Notes: generated by a model from the letters alone, not told the origin. Positions 38,601 to 46,786 are shown, counted from the first letter of the stretch. The stretch: 57,266 nt of DNA from an uncultured Bacilli bacterium (GCA_947627925.1 CANQXW010000004.1:1-57266), one strand, 5' to 3'. A program made the numbers and translations.

Positions 38601-40272
38601 ATTTTATTGAATCAGTAATAATTACATAATGAGGAATACATTTTTCATTATTTCGATTTAATTCTTTTCTTTCCGCTAAAATTTTTTCTAAATTATAAAT
38701 AATTTCCCGATATTCATCATTAGATGAAGCAAAAAATCTTAAAGTGCGGTCATTAGACCAATTATGAGGAAGAATTTTTATATAATCCCAATCTTTTTCA
38801 TTATCTTTAGAAGTAAATAAAACAATTTTTAGCTCATCATAACTATAATTAGCCATTATTTGGAGAATTAACCGATCAATAAATTCTTTAGTAGTTAAAT
38901 TATCCCCAATGATTCCGGTAGCTTTATTATCATAAAAAGAATAAGTAATAGGAACATCATTTAAAATTCGTTCTTTTTGACCTAAAGCTCTTGCGACTCC
39001 GATTAAATTATCCTCTTCTAAAGTAAAATGTTCTTCAGGATATTTAATATCTACTTGCATTGGTTTATTACCAATACCCACTGGTAAGGTTAAAAAGTCT
39101 TCATCATTTACCCTTCTTTGCCACAATTTAATATTATGACCTCTAATGATATCTTGACAACCAGTAACAGTAAAATTATTTTCTAATAAACTTTTTCTTT
39201 GAATTTCTAATTCATTAATAATTTCTTCTTCTTTTTTCTTTATATATTTTTTATATAATTTTTGTCTTTTTCGTTCATATAATTTATTACTTATTTTTTG
39301 ATAAGCTCTTGTTAAAAGAGGCCATAAAAGACTACTGGCTAACATCGCCCCACACATTACTAATGATCTTGTTTGACTTTTGACATCTCCTTCACCACTA
39401 TTCATTTGATCCAAAGTAAAAATTAAAGTGACAACTGAAGTCATAGCCATAGTCATCATTGGACCAATAGTTAAAATGGCCGGAGTTTTATCATCTTCCT
39501 TTTTAGTTGGGGGAACATCTAAATCTAAAACATATTTTTCTAAAGTTTTATAAAATCTAGGTGTCCTATAAAAATAATTATCTTCATTATATATTGATTC
39601 AGTATTAAGTTCTTCTTCATCAATAACTTCATCATTAGGAGCAAAGACTGGATTAACATATCTTGCATCAAAAACTAAAAGCTTATTAGGATTATTCACT
39701 AATAAATAATCATGGTTCTCTCTTCGCATGACAATTATCTTTAACCCAAATATAAAAATTATATCACCATATTCTAATCTTTTAGTTTGAATAACTCTTT
39801 TTTGATTAACATATACACTAGTTGTAGCATCAAAAATATCTAAATAAAAATATTTATCTTTCTTTTCAATAGTGAACGCTCTTTGAGGCATACCTACCAA
39901 TTTGTAGCATATATTACAAGATTCATCAGAACCTACTAATACTTTACTTTCAATTGGCAATTCTTTATAAGTATTATCATATACAGGTGAACAATATATA
40001 TAACACATTTCATCTTTATAATTATTTTTTAATAAATAAAAATTATATTCTTTTAATAAGACATAAGGAACCATCATGCCCTTACTATCTACAACATAAG
40101 CATCACTATTACTTACTAAATTCCATCCTTCTTTAGTAGCTTCAATATTAAGCAAATTAATTTTGCGGCCATTTTCAAAATCAGTAATCCAGTAATTTCC
40201 GGATACTTCATTAGGCAATGTAAAAATATTTAATTTATTTTTTCTAATTATTGTTAATTGCATTTTAACCAC
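35653..40272 (-). CDS. essC: type VII secretion FtsK/SpoIIIE-family ATPase EssC
   Basis: 1539 aa. EssC-type FHA-like N-terminus ('LPNEVSGNYWI'), two TM helices ('ILTIGPMMTMAMTSVVTLIF', 'LVMCGAMLASSLLWPLL'), P-loops 'AGTTGSGKSEF' and 'YGSAGSGKENF', and a degenerate third ATPase domain. Confidence 0.93.
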   Translation of the reverse strand: MVKMQLTIIRKNKLNIFTLPNEVSGNYWITDFENGRKINLLNIEATKEGWNLVSNSDAYVVDSKGMMVPYVLLKEYNFYLLKNNYKDEMCYIYCSPVYDNTYKELPIESKVLVGSDESCNICYKLVGMPQRAFTIEKKDKYFYLDIFDATTSVYVNQKRVIQTKRLEYGDIIFIFGLKIIVMRRENHDYLLVNNPNKLLVFDARYVNPVFAPNDEVIDEEELNTESIYNEDNYFYRTPRFYKTLEKYVLDLDVPPTKKEDDKTPAILTIGPMMTMAMTSVVTLIFTLDQMNSGEGDVKSQTRSLVMCGAMLASSLLWPLLTRAYQKISNKLYERKRQKLYKKYIKKKEEEIINELEIQRKSLLENNFTVTGCQDIIRGHNIKLWQRRVNDEDFLTLPVGIGNKPMQVDIKYPEEHFTLEEDNLIGVARALGQKERILNDVPITYSFYDNKATGIIGDNLTTKEFIDRLILQIMANYSYDELKIVLFTSKDNEKDWDYIKILPHNWSNDRTLRFFASSNDEYREIIYNLEKILAERKELNRNNEKCIPHYVIITDSIKSIDNYDFIKNIMSSEVNYGFNIIMLVDKVMALPNECRSFINVSREDCSIYSSVINSEIQKFKIDFSPIEEISNCARELANIPIDIKTEVESSLPDKYEFLEMYQVGKIEQLNSEERWKKNNPILSLQAPVGIGKSGEPIVLDLHEKYHGPHGLIAGTTGSGKSEFIITYILSLAINYNPYEVQVILIDYKGGSLAGAFSNNMYQLPHLAGTITNLDGNELNRSLDSIESEVKRRQKEFNEARDIANESSIDIYKYQKLWREGRLKGKDPIAHLFIISDEFAELKEQQPEFMDKLISVARVGRSLGVHLILATQKPGGVVNAQIWSNTRFRVCLKVQDTADSQEIIKKPDAAYLKKTGRFYLQVGTDEVFTIGQSAWAGGQYYPNTIFKRDVDTSINAINNIGFITTTKDLEVKEEVKSLGEELPNIVKYLSELAAKNNIKIKKLWLDKIPEFIYVDNLIQKYKFEKSPYNINPIIGEYDDPSTQNQFALNVPMSDLGNVIIYGSAGSGKENFLTSLIYSCMVSYTPEEVNFYIVDFGAETLRVFNNSPYVGDIVYLSDDDKFNNLIKMINLEIDSRKEKFAGFGGTYQSYIKESQEKVPNWIIIFNNFESISDNYETLLDEIMKISRDAYKYGIYLVITTSSSNSIRSRLRQNFSLIYALQQNDENEYINILGNVHKKYPAKYKGRGIFKKGDIYEFQTAYVSKENTNDYLREFINNKLKETTYRAKKIPSLPKIVNFETINEYLDNGFDIPIGINKTTLLAQKYNFRKNPINLIGAMEIESTFEFINSFVNEIIYTNYYDLLFINTTENNFSNKNLEGRIYSKNFDELINKLGKYVDDVYKVYEENDFNEEVIKNQKRYMCIVYGTHDFINKLSDETKKIFTELIKKDNQINIISFVMVDTTDILKSYAFDDWFKTGTDSSRGIYIGSGITYQSLFKVSKYDSEDREDISNDYGYVVQTSKLYKVKLLTSFVPDNETENHV

Positions 40273-40276
40273 CTTT

Positions 40277-40531
40277 TTAATACAAAATTAATTTAGAACC
40301 ATTTTTAATAGAGCTTTCTTTAACATATATTTGATCATCTATTTTTTCCCCAGTTATTTTATCGTATAAGCTTTTACAATTATCATTAACAAAAATTCCT
40401 TCACTTTCTTCTTCTACAATTTTAATTATTAAATTTTTAATAGTTCCCACTTTTTTAACAACTGGTATATACATATCAAATTCTTTTTCAATTAAAGGGA
40501 CATAAATTATTACCAATATTTTACTTTTCAT
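40277..40531 (-). CDS. esaB: YukD/EsaB-like ubiquitin-fold T7SS protein
   Basis: 84 aa immediately upstream of essC. 'DMYIPVVKKVGTIKNLII...ESSIKNGSKLILY' fits the YukD pattern. Confidence 0.75.
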   Translation of the reverse strand: MKSKILVIIYVPLIEKEFDMYIPVVKKVGTIKNLIIKIVEEESEGIFVNDNCKSLYDKITGEKIDDQIYVKESSIKNGSKLILY

Positions 40532-40537
40532 AAAAAC

Positions 40538-40750
40538 CTACCTTATTAAAAATATTACCAATAAGACAACCAAAAAGATAAATAATAATACTCCCCCAAT
40601 TATTAATGCTAAATATTTAGAATTACTTTTCTTCTCATTTTCTAAGGGTTCGGGACTTTCAGGTTTAAGATATAGACTTAATTTTGCCCCACAATTCATA
40701 CATACTTGATCACCAGGATTAATATTAAATCCACACTTATCACATTTCAT
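40538..40750 (-). CDS. zinc-ribbon single-pass membrane protein
   Basis: 70 aa. 'CDKCGFNINPGDQVCMNCG' (CxxC...CxxC) plus a C-terminal TM 'LALIIGGVLLFIFLVVLLVIFLI'. GGGTGA Shine-Dalgarno. Confidence 0.65.
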   Translation of the reverse strand: MKCDKCGFNINPGDQVCMNCGAKLSLYLKPESPEPLENEKKSNSKYLALIIGGVLLFIFLVVLLVIFLIR

Positions 40751-40782
40751 TGTCTCACCCTCTATTAAAGAAATTATAACAT

Positions 40783-40811
40783 AAATAATTTAACTTTTAA
40801 ATAATTTTATT
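40783..40811 (-). promoter_or_regulatory. putative internal promoter for the zinc-ribbon/esaB/essC genes
   Basis: Minus strand reads TTTAAA-N17-TATAAT with TGt extended -10, ~30 nt upstream of the ATG at 40750. Confidence 0.4.
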
Positions 40812-40957
40812 GATTTAATTTAATATTTAATATTTACTCTCTTTTAATTCAAAACAAAAGATTAAAAAACTATATAAAAAATATACAAAAGGAACCATGT
40901 TAATATTATTTTATCTAACATTATTTAATTCTTTATGTATATTTATTTTAAACTATT

Positions 40958-41311
40958 TTATATAGCTGCTAATGCGGAATTTATCGATTCTAAACTTCCA
41001 TTTATTTCATCTAATGATTGAGTAGCTCCAGACTCATTAGCAAGTGTTTCACTAGCATAATTTTTAAGCTCAGTTACTATACTATTATAAACTGATTCTA
41101 ATTTACTTGTAATTTCCTTAAAAGTAGTTGATAAATTTTCACATGTTGTTGATAAATTTGAATCTTCAGATTTAACAAGTTCACTCATTTCATTAAATAC
41201 CCAACTCATACCACTAGTATAAGAAGTAATCCCAACATCAGATCCGTTTAAAAATGTTCTTAATATAAGTAATGTTTTTGATAACTCTGTTACATTAAAA
41301 GTATTGTTCAT
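40958..41311 (-). CDS. small helical protein, family A copy 2 (T7SS-locus)
   Basis: 117 aa, paralog of 41633..41974. Shared motifs: 'MNN.FN', 'SEDS.LS.TC.N' and 'SL..IN..LE'. Confidence 0.6.
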   Translation of the reverse strand: MNNTFNVTELSKTLLILRTFLNGSDVGITSYTSGMSWVFNEMSELVKSEDSNLSTTCENLSTTFKEITSKLESVYNSIVTELKNYASETLANESGATQSLDEINGSLESINSALAAI

Positions 41312-41333
41312 TTAATAACCTCCTCGTATTTCA

Positions 41334-41615
41334 TCATTTATTTAAATCTCGTTGTAATTTCAAAAATTGATTAGATATTTTAGTTATATTTTGCACTTCG
41401 TTTTCTGTTAAATTTTTTGTTAATCCTATAAGTTTTTCTAGTTTTTCGTTTAGCTCTCTTCCTATTTCGGTTCCTGATATAAAAATTTGATAATTAGAAT
41501 CATTCTTTAAACCAGATGCAAGTTCTCCAGATGAATTACCTATCTGTTCACCAACAAACTTTATATTATTTATTTCACCTTCCATATTACTTATTCCATC
41601 TTTAGTTAAAGCCAT
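41334..41615 (-). CDS. small helical protein, family B copy 2 (T7SS-locus)
   Basis: 93 aa, paralog of 41992..42381. Shared motifs: 'MALT', 'N.SNYQIFISGTEIGRELNEKLEKLIGL' versus 'NDNYNKFVNGTEFGRAQNEKIQKIIGL'. Confidence 0.6.
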   Translation of the reverse strand: MALTKDGISNMEGEINNIKFVGEQIGNSSGELASGLKNDSNYQIFISGTEIGRELNEKLEKLIGLTKNLTENEVQNITKISNQFLKLQRDLNK

Positions 41616-41632
41616 AAATATTTCCTCCTTTT

Positions 41633-41974
41633 TTATAGACTATCTAAAATGCTCTTCGCATTTTCTAAACCTTCATTAGTTTGATTAAGACTTTGTGATG
41701 TTTGTGTTTCATTTTGAATTGTTTGTTGTACATAATTAGTTAATGCTGTTTTTATAACAGTCAAATTTTCTGATAATTTTGTCGATAAATTTCTGTACGT
41801 ATTATTAATATTATTACAAGTTCCTGATAATCCTGAATCTTCACTCATTACCATTCCGGATAATGATGAAAAATCATTTGAAATTTTCGAAAGAATCCGT
41901 ACTACCTCACTTTGTGTTGTTTCGATTCTATTAATAATTTCATTTATCTGATTAGCATTAAAACTATTATTCAT
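41633..41974 (-). CDS. small helical protein, family A copy 1 (T7SS-locus)
   Basis: 113 aa; see 40958..41311. Confidence 0.6.
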   Translation of the reverse strand: MNNSFNANQINEIINRIETTQSEVVRILSKISNDFSSLSGMVMSEDSGLSGTCNNINNTYRNLSTKLSENLTVIKTALTNYVQQTIQNETQTSQSLNQTNEGLENAKSILDSL

Positions 41975-41991
41975 ATTTTTTTCCTTTCTTA

Positions 41992-42381
41992 TTAATAAAG
42001 AGTTTCCCTATAACTCGAATCTCCAGGCCTTGCTACGGATGGGCCAGTAGAATGTGCCGCAACATCTCTTTTTGCTGCCGCCGCAGCTTCAGCAGCAGCC
42101 TTACGATTTATTTCTTCTTGACGATAGAAAAAATAATTTAATTGAGTAGTTAAATTAGTTGTTTCATTTGTTAGATTTTGATCAAAAAGACCTATTATTT
42201 TTTGAATTTTTTCATTTTGGGCTCTACCAAATTCTGTTCCATTTACAAATTTATTATAATTATCATTTTGACCTAAATAATTTTTCAAATCAGCAATAAG
42301 CTGTTTTGCCTCATTTAATTCACTTGTAATTGCTTGAGCTGTTCCTCGTCCATTACTAATTGAAACACTTGTTAATGCCAT
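41992..42381 (-). CDS. small helical protein, family B copy 1, with Ala-rich C-terminal tail
   Basis: 129 aa with an AAAGGAGAAG Shine-Dalgarno. Extra C-terminal tail 'RKAAAEAAAAAKRDVAAHSTGPSVARPGDSSYRETLY', encoded by a locally GC-rich stretch. Confidence 0.6.
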   Translation of the reverse strand: MALTSVSISNGRGTAQAITSELNEAKQLIADLKNYLGQNDNYNKFVNGTEFGRAQNEKIQKIIGLFDQNLTNETTNLTTQLNYFFYRQEEINRKAAAEAAAAAKRDVAAHSTGPSVARPGDSSYRETLY

Positions 42382-42469
42382 AAAATTATCTTCTCCTTTC
42401 TTTTGAGCAAAAAACTATTTATGTTAATAAACTACATAAACATTCTTACTTTCCTTATCTTACATGCTT

Positions 42470-42497
42470 ATTATATAATACCCCCCCCCGGTGTCAA
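42470..42497 (-). promoter_or_regulatory. consensus sigma-A promoter (TTGACA-N16-TATAAT) at the head of the T7SS locus
   Basis: Minus strand reads cTTGACAccGGGGGGGGGtattaTATAATaagc. The -35 is at 42492..42497 and the -10 at 42470..42475, ~90 nt upstream of the first ATG (42381). Confidence 0.6.
42481..42489. repeat. C9/G9 homopolymer inside the promoter spacer
   Basis: Nine consecutive C on the plus strand, read directly. This is the longest G/C run I saw in this AT-rich window. Confidence 0.95.
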
Positions 42498-42550
42498 GTT
42501 TTGAGATTTATTTTGTTGAAAAAAAGTGTAAAGTTGTACTGGTGCAATTC

Positions 42551-42572
42551 AAAAAAGAAGCGCTGGCTTCTT
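42551..42572 (-). terminator. rho-independent terminator after the carboxypeptidase gene
   Basis: Minus strand: AAGAAGC-cagc-GCTTCTT followed by TTTT, immediately after the TGA stop at 42573..42575. Confidence 0.6.
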
Positions 42573-43727
42573 TCATTTTATAATTCTTTTACCAGAAAGT
42601 AATGTATTTAAATTTCTTTTATAATAATCCCAAAGATTAGCTTTCAACACATCTTTATTAACGGTTATACCTACTTCGCCCACAATGTTTCCTTCATTAT
42701 CAATGATTTCAGCTGTTCCTATTTCTTTACCCTTTTTTAAAGGAGCTTCTAATTTATCTATTTTGACATTAATTGTATATTCTTTATCTTTATCATTAAC
42801 ATTTAAAAGTTCTGATGCTTCATTCATTAAAATTAATTTAACACTTTCTTCTTTTCCTTTTTCTACTCTCGCTTCATCAATAACTTTATTTTTTTCATAA
42901 ATAGTTCTTAATTTATAAGAATTAAAACCATAATTTAAAAGTTTGACCGTATCACTAGTCCTATTATCCGGCGTATCAACACCCATCACGACACTGATAA
43001 GACGCATATTGCTTTTTTTGGCCGTCGCGGTTAAGCAATAACCCGCCGTTTCCGTAAATCCGGTTTTAAGGCCATCAACATCAGGATAAAAACGGACTAA
43101 TTTATTAGTATTAACAAGCCACGTACTAGAGCCATCTGGTCTTTGTAAATAATCCTCATAAATACTTGTAAAACCTAAAACTTCTGGATAATTATTGATG
43201 AGATAAGATGCCATTAAACTCATATCTTTAGCGCTACTATAATGTCCTTCAGCATCAAGACCATGAGGATTTACAAAATGCGTATGCTTACACCCTAACT
43301 CAGTACATTTCTTATTCATCATCTCAACAAATTTTTCCGTGGTTCCCGCTACTTTTTCACTCATTGCCACCACCGCATCATTAGCAGAAGCAATGGCAAT
43401 TGATTTTAATAAATCTTTAACTTTATAAGAATCTCCCGTATTTAAATAGACTTGACTTCCACCCATACTATGAGCATTTTCGGATATAACTACTTTATCT
43501 TCCATTGTAAATGAACCATTATTAATGGCATCCATAATTAAAATCATACTCATTATTTTTGTCATACTTGCCGGAGCCTTTTCTAAATCAGCTTCTTTTT
43601 CATATAAAACTTTCCCTGTAGTGGCTTCAATTAAAATAGCACTTTCACTATATTCTGTAATATCTTCGGCCACTACTTTAATAAAAGGAATCAATAAAAA
43701 ACTAAATAACACTATTATTTTTTTCAA
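42573..43727 (-). CDS. D-alanyl-D-alanine carboxypeptidase (PBP5/S11 family)
   Basis: 384 aa with a TTG start and an AAGAGGTG Shine-Dalgarno. Signal peptide, 'PASMTKIM' (SxxK), 'SANDA' (SxN), 'KTGFT' (KTG), and a C-terminal PBP5 domain. Confidence 0.9.
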   Translation of the reverse strand: MKKIIVLFSFLLIPFIKVVAEDITEYSESAILIEATTGKVLYEKEADLEKAPASMTKIMSMILIMDAINNGSFTMEDKVVISENAHSMGGSQVYLNTGDSYKVKDLLKSIAIASANDAVVAMSEKVAGTTEKFVEMMNKKCTELGCKHTHFVNPHGLDAEGHYSSAKDMSLMASYLINNYPEVLGFTSIYEDYLQRPDGSSTWLVNTNKLVRFYPDVDGLKTGFTETAGYCLTATAKKSNMRLISVVMGVDTPDNRTSDTVKLLNYGFNSYKLRTIYEKNKVIDEARVEKGKEESVKLILMNEASELLNVNDKDKEYTINVKIDKLEAPLKKGKEIGTAEIIDNEGNIVGEVGITVNKDVLKANLWDYYKRNLNTLLSGKRIIK

Positions 43728-43783
43728 ACTTAAAACACCTCTTATTAATTTTTATGCTAAGGAAAAAATAATATTTATTTAGT

Positions 43784-44344
43784 TTATTTAATATCTTTTA
43801 AAAGTTCTAATTTATCATTCTTGACTAAATAAGCCTTCTTCGCTTTTTTAAACATTGGCATGTCACTAAAAGAATCAGAATAAGCATTTTCGACTATGGC
43901 ATTTGGATATTCTTGATCAAATCTCTTAATCTTTTCTTCACCCTTACAATGATTACCAATTAACATTCCTTTTTTTGTATCATATTTAGTGGCAATAACA
44001 TTTTTAATTCCTAAAGACTCACAAAAAGGTTCAATGATAAAATCATACGTTGCGGACATAACCACATCATCATCTTTTTGACCCTCTAAATAAAATTTTT
44101 TAATGTTATGATTATTTTTTAAAATAAAATTATGGACATAATTATCTAAATTGGGAATGTCTTTTACAAAACTATATAAATTACTTTTTATAATTCCTTT
44201 TTTCTTATTGGGTTTAAAGAAAGCTAAAAAGGCTTTAAACATTCCCTTCATTACTAAAAGAGGATGATGATGAAAAGAATAAATAATGAATTTAACGGAA
44301 GAATCTCCTTTTAAAATCGTATTATCAAAATCGTATATATTCAT
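43784..44344 (-). CDS. HAD-superfamily hydrolase (subfamily IB-like)
   Basis: 186 aa. The N-terminal 'IYDFDNTILKGDS' is HAD motif I (DxDxT). 'YSDSFSDMPMF' is motif IV-like. Confidence 0.7.
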   Translation of the reverse strand: MNIYDFDNTILKGDSSVKFIIYSFHHHPLLVMKGMFKAFLAFFKPNKKKGIIKSNLYSFVKDIPNLDNYVHNFILKNNHNIKKFYLEGQKDDDVVMSATYDFIIEPFCESLGIKNVIATKYDTKKGMLIGNHCKGEEKIKRFDQEYPNAIVENAYSDSFSDMPMFKKAKKAYLVKNDKLELLKDIK

Positions 44345-44345
44345 C

Positions 44346-46688
44346 TTAATCCTCTAAATGGAAATCTCTAATTTCTTCTAAATCAAGACCATATTCTCTA
44401 ATATATTTCTCATGTTCTTTTAATTTTTTGTACATTAGATTTTTTAAAGATTCACTCTCTTCGGTTTCTTCCACATATTTTAAAACATCTAAAACTAAAT
44501 GGAAACGGTCAATTTTATTTTGAACTCGCATATCAAAAGCCGTTGTAATAGTACCTTCTTCTAAATAGCCGTGAACATGCATGTTCCTATTCTCTCTATT
44601 ATAAGTAAGTTCATGAATTAAATTAGGATAACCATGATAAGCAAATATGATTGGTTTATCTTTCGTAAATATGCGGTCATAATCACTATCAGCTAGACCA
44701 TGAGGATGCATTCTTTTACTTTGAAGACGCATTAAATCAATAATATTAACTACTCTAGTTTTAATACTTGGCGCATACTTCTTTAGTATTTGGGCCGCTG
44801 CGATTGTCTCTAAAGTTGGTGTATCGCCAGCACAAGCTAACACAACATCAGGATGATTAGGTTTATTTGAGGCCCAAGTAAATATACTTAACCCTCTTTT
44901 ACAATGGACTTTTGCTTCATCCATAGTAAGCCATTGTAAGCTAGGATGTTTTGATGCTACCACTACATTAATATAATTTTTGGTTTTTAGAATGTGATCA
45001 ACAGTTGAAAGTAAAGTATTGGTGTCAATTGGAAAATAGACTCTCGCAATATCAGCTTTTTTCGTTACAATATGATTAATAAAGCCAGGATCTTGATGAG
45101 TATAACCATTATGATCTTGTTGCCAGATATGACTTGTTAAAATATAATTTAAAGAAGCAATGGAAGAGCGCCAAGGAATTTCTTTTGTCACTTTTAACCA
45201 TTTGGCGTGTTGACTCGTCATGGAATCAATAATTCGAATAAACGCTTCATAACTATGAAATATCCCATGTCTTCCGGTTAGAAGATAACCCTCTAACATT
45301 CCTTCACACATATGCTCAGATAAATAACTATCAAAAATACTTCCATCACTACTTAAATATTCATCAGTATCTTTAATCTCATTATCCCACTTCCTATTAG
45401 TGGTCATAAAAACATTATTAAGACGATTGGATAAAGCTTCATCAGGGCCAAAGATTTTAAAATTATGGCGATTAAGTTTTATAACATCTCTTAAAAAGCT
45501 TCCCAAAACGCGCATATCCTCCGAATAAGTATTACCTCTTACAACATCTACTTTATAATTAGTAAAATCCGGTACTTTAAGTTCATCTAACAATAGTCCG
45601 CCATTGGCATGTAAGTTAGCACTCATTCTTCTCGTACCCCTAGGACATAAATCTAAAATTTCTTTTTTAATTTTGCCGTTTGGTTCAAATAATTCTTCAG
45701 GATGATAACTATGAAGCCATTCATTAAGAAGACTGATATCTTTCGTTTCTTTATCAATTTGAAGGGGTACTTGATGGGCTCTAAAAGTTCCTTCTACTTC
45801 TTTTTTCTCGACTATTTTAGGACAAGTCCATCCTTTTTTACTCTTAAAAATAATCATTGGGTATTTTGGCCGGACAAATTCTTTATTTTTTTTGGCATTT
45901 TCTTTAATTTTAGTAATCTTTTTAACAACTTCTTCTAAAGCTTCCACCATTACTTCATGATAATCAGGAGTACTAGTAACATCAACCACAATTGGATCCC
46001 AACCACAACCTTCAAAAAACTTTATTCTTTCTTCTTCACTAATTCTCGCAAAAACAGTTGGACTAGATATTTTATAGCCATTTAAGTGTAAAATAGGTAG
46101 GACAATGCCATCTTTTTTCGGATTAATAAATTTATTACCATGCCAAGAAGTAGCTAAAGGACCAGTTTCGGCTTCGCCATCACCAATTACACAAGCCGCG
46201 ATTAAAGAAGGATTATCTAAAACCGCTCCAAAGGCATGCGAAAGACTATAGCCAAGTTCACCACCTTCATTAATACTTCCGGGTACTTCGGGAGCTACAT
46301 GACTAGATGTTCCCCCCGGAAAAGAAAAGTTTTTAAATAACTTTTGTAGTCCCTTTTCATCTTTCGTAATATTAGGATAAGCCTCCGTATAAGTTCCTTC
46401 AATATAACTATTAGCAATTACAGCTTCGCCACTATGACCAGGACCAGATATATAAATCATATTAAGTTTATATTTTTTAATAATTCTATTTAAATGAATG
46501 TAAATAAAATTTTGACCAGGCGCACTTCCCCAATGTCCTACTAATTTACTTTTAACATCATCATAAGTCAGTTCTCTTTTAAGAAGCGGATTATCTTTTA
46601 AATAAAGCATTCCTACTGACATATAATTACAAAGGCGAAAATATTTATCTAATAAATCTACTTCCTTTTTAGTTAAGACATTTTTCAT
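44346..46688 (-). CDS. xfp: xylulose-5-phosphate/fructose-6-phosphate phosphoketolase
   Basis: 780 aa. 'LVGHWGSAPGQNFIY', 'GPGHSG', 'EGGELGYSLSHAFGA' and 'GDGEAETGP' are phosphoketolase signatures. Confidence 0.95.
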   Translation of the reverse strand: MKNVLTKKEVDLLDKYFRLCNYMSVGMLYLKDNPLLKRELTYDDVKSKLVGHWGSAPGQNFIYIHLNRIIKKYKLNMIYISGPGHSGEAVIANSYIEGTYTEAYPNITKDEKGLQKLFKNFSFPGGTSSHVAPEVPGSINEGGELGYSLSHAFGAVLDNPSLIAACVIGDGEAETGPLATSWHGNKFINPKKDGIVLPILHLNGYKISSPTVFARISEEERIKFFEGCGWDPIVVDVTSTPDYHEVMVEALEEVVKKITKIKENAKKNKEFVRPKYPMIIFKSKKGWTCPKIVEKKEVEGTFRAHQVPLQIDKETKDISLLNEWLHSYHPEELFEPNGKIKKEILDLCPRGTRRMSANLHANGGLLLDELKVPDFTNYKVDVVRGNTYSEDMRVLGSFLRDVIKLNRHNFKIFGPDEALSNRLNNVFMTTNRKWDNEIKDTDEYLSSDGSIFDSYLSEHMCEGMLEGYLLTGRHGIFHSYEAFIRIIDSMTSQHAKWLKVTKEIPWRSSIASLNYILTSHIWQQDHNGYTHQDPGFINHIVTKKADIARVYFPIDTNTLLSTVDHILKTKNYINVVVASKHPSLQWLTMDEAKVHCKRGLSIFTWASNKPNHPDVVLACAGDTPTLETIAAAQILKKYAPSIKTRVVNIIDLMRLQSKRMHPHGLADSDYDRIFTKDKPIIFAYHGYPNLIHELTYNRENRNMHVHGYLEEGTITTAFDMRVQNKIDRFHLVLDVLKYVEETEESESLKNLMYKKLKEHEKYIREYGLDLEEIRDFHLED

Positions 46689-46745
46689 ATTGGATCACCT
46701 ATTATAATTATAATTTAAAATACTTTTTAAAACAATTACTATTCT

Positions 46746-46779
46746 AAAAAAAGAAATACATTTGACTATATTTCTTTTT
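46746..46779 (-). terminator. AT-rich rho-independent terminator after the CsoR-like gene
   Basis: Minus strand: AGAAATA-tagtcaaatg-TATTTCT followed by TTTTTTT. Confidence 0.45.
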
Positions 46780-46786
46780 GAAAATA

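Noticed and set aside
16035-45938. Remaining opposite-strand ORFs nested in spoVAD, the 425-aa gene, the HerA-like gene, the effector, essC, the carboxypeptidase gene, xfp and others
   Set aside because: All are fully contained antisense within long ORFs that have clear motifs. This is typical of AT-rich genomes, where the reverse frame is often open.
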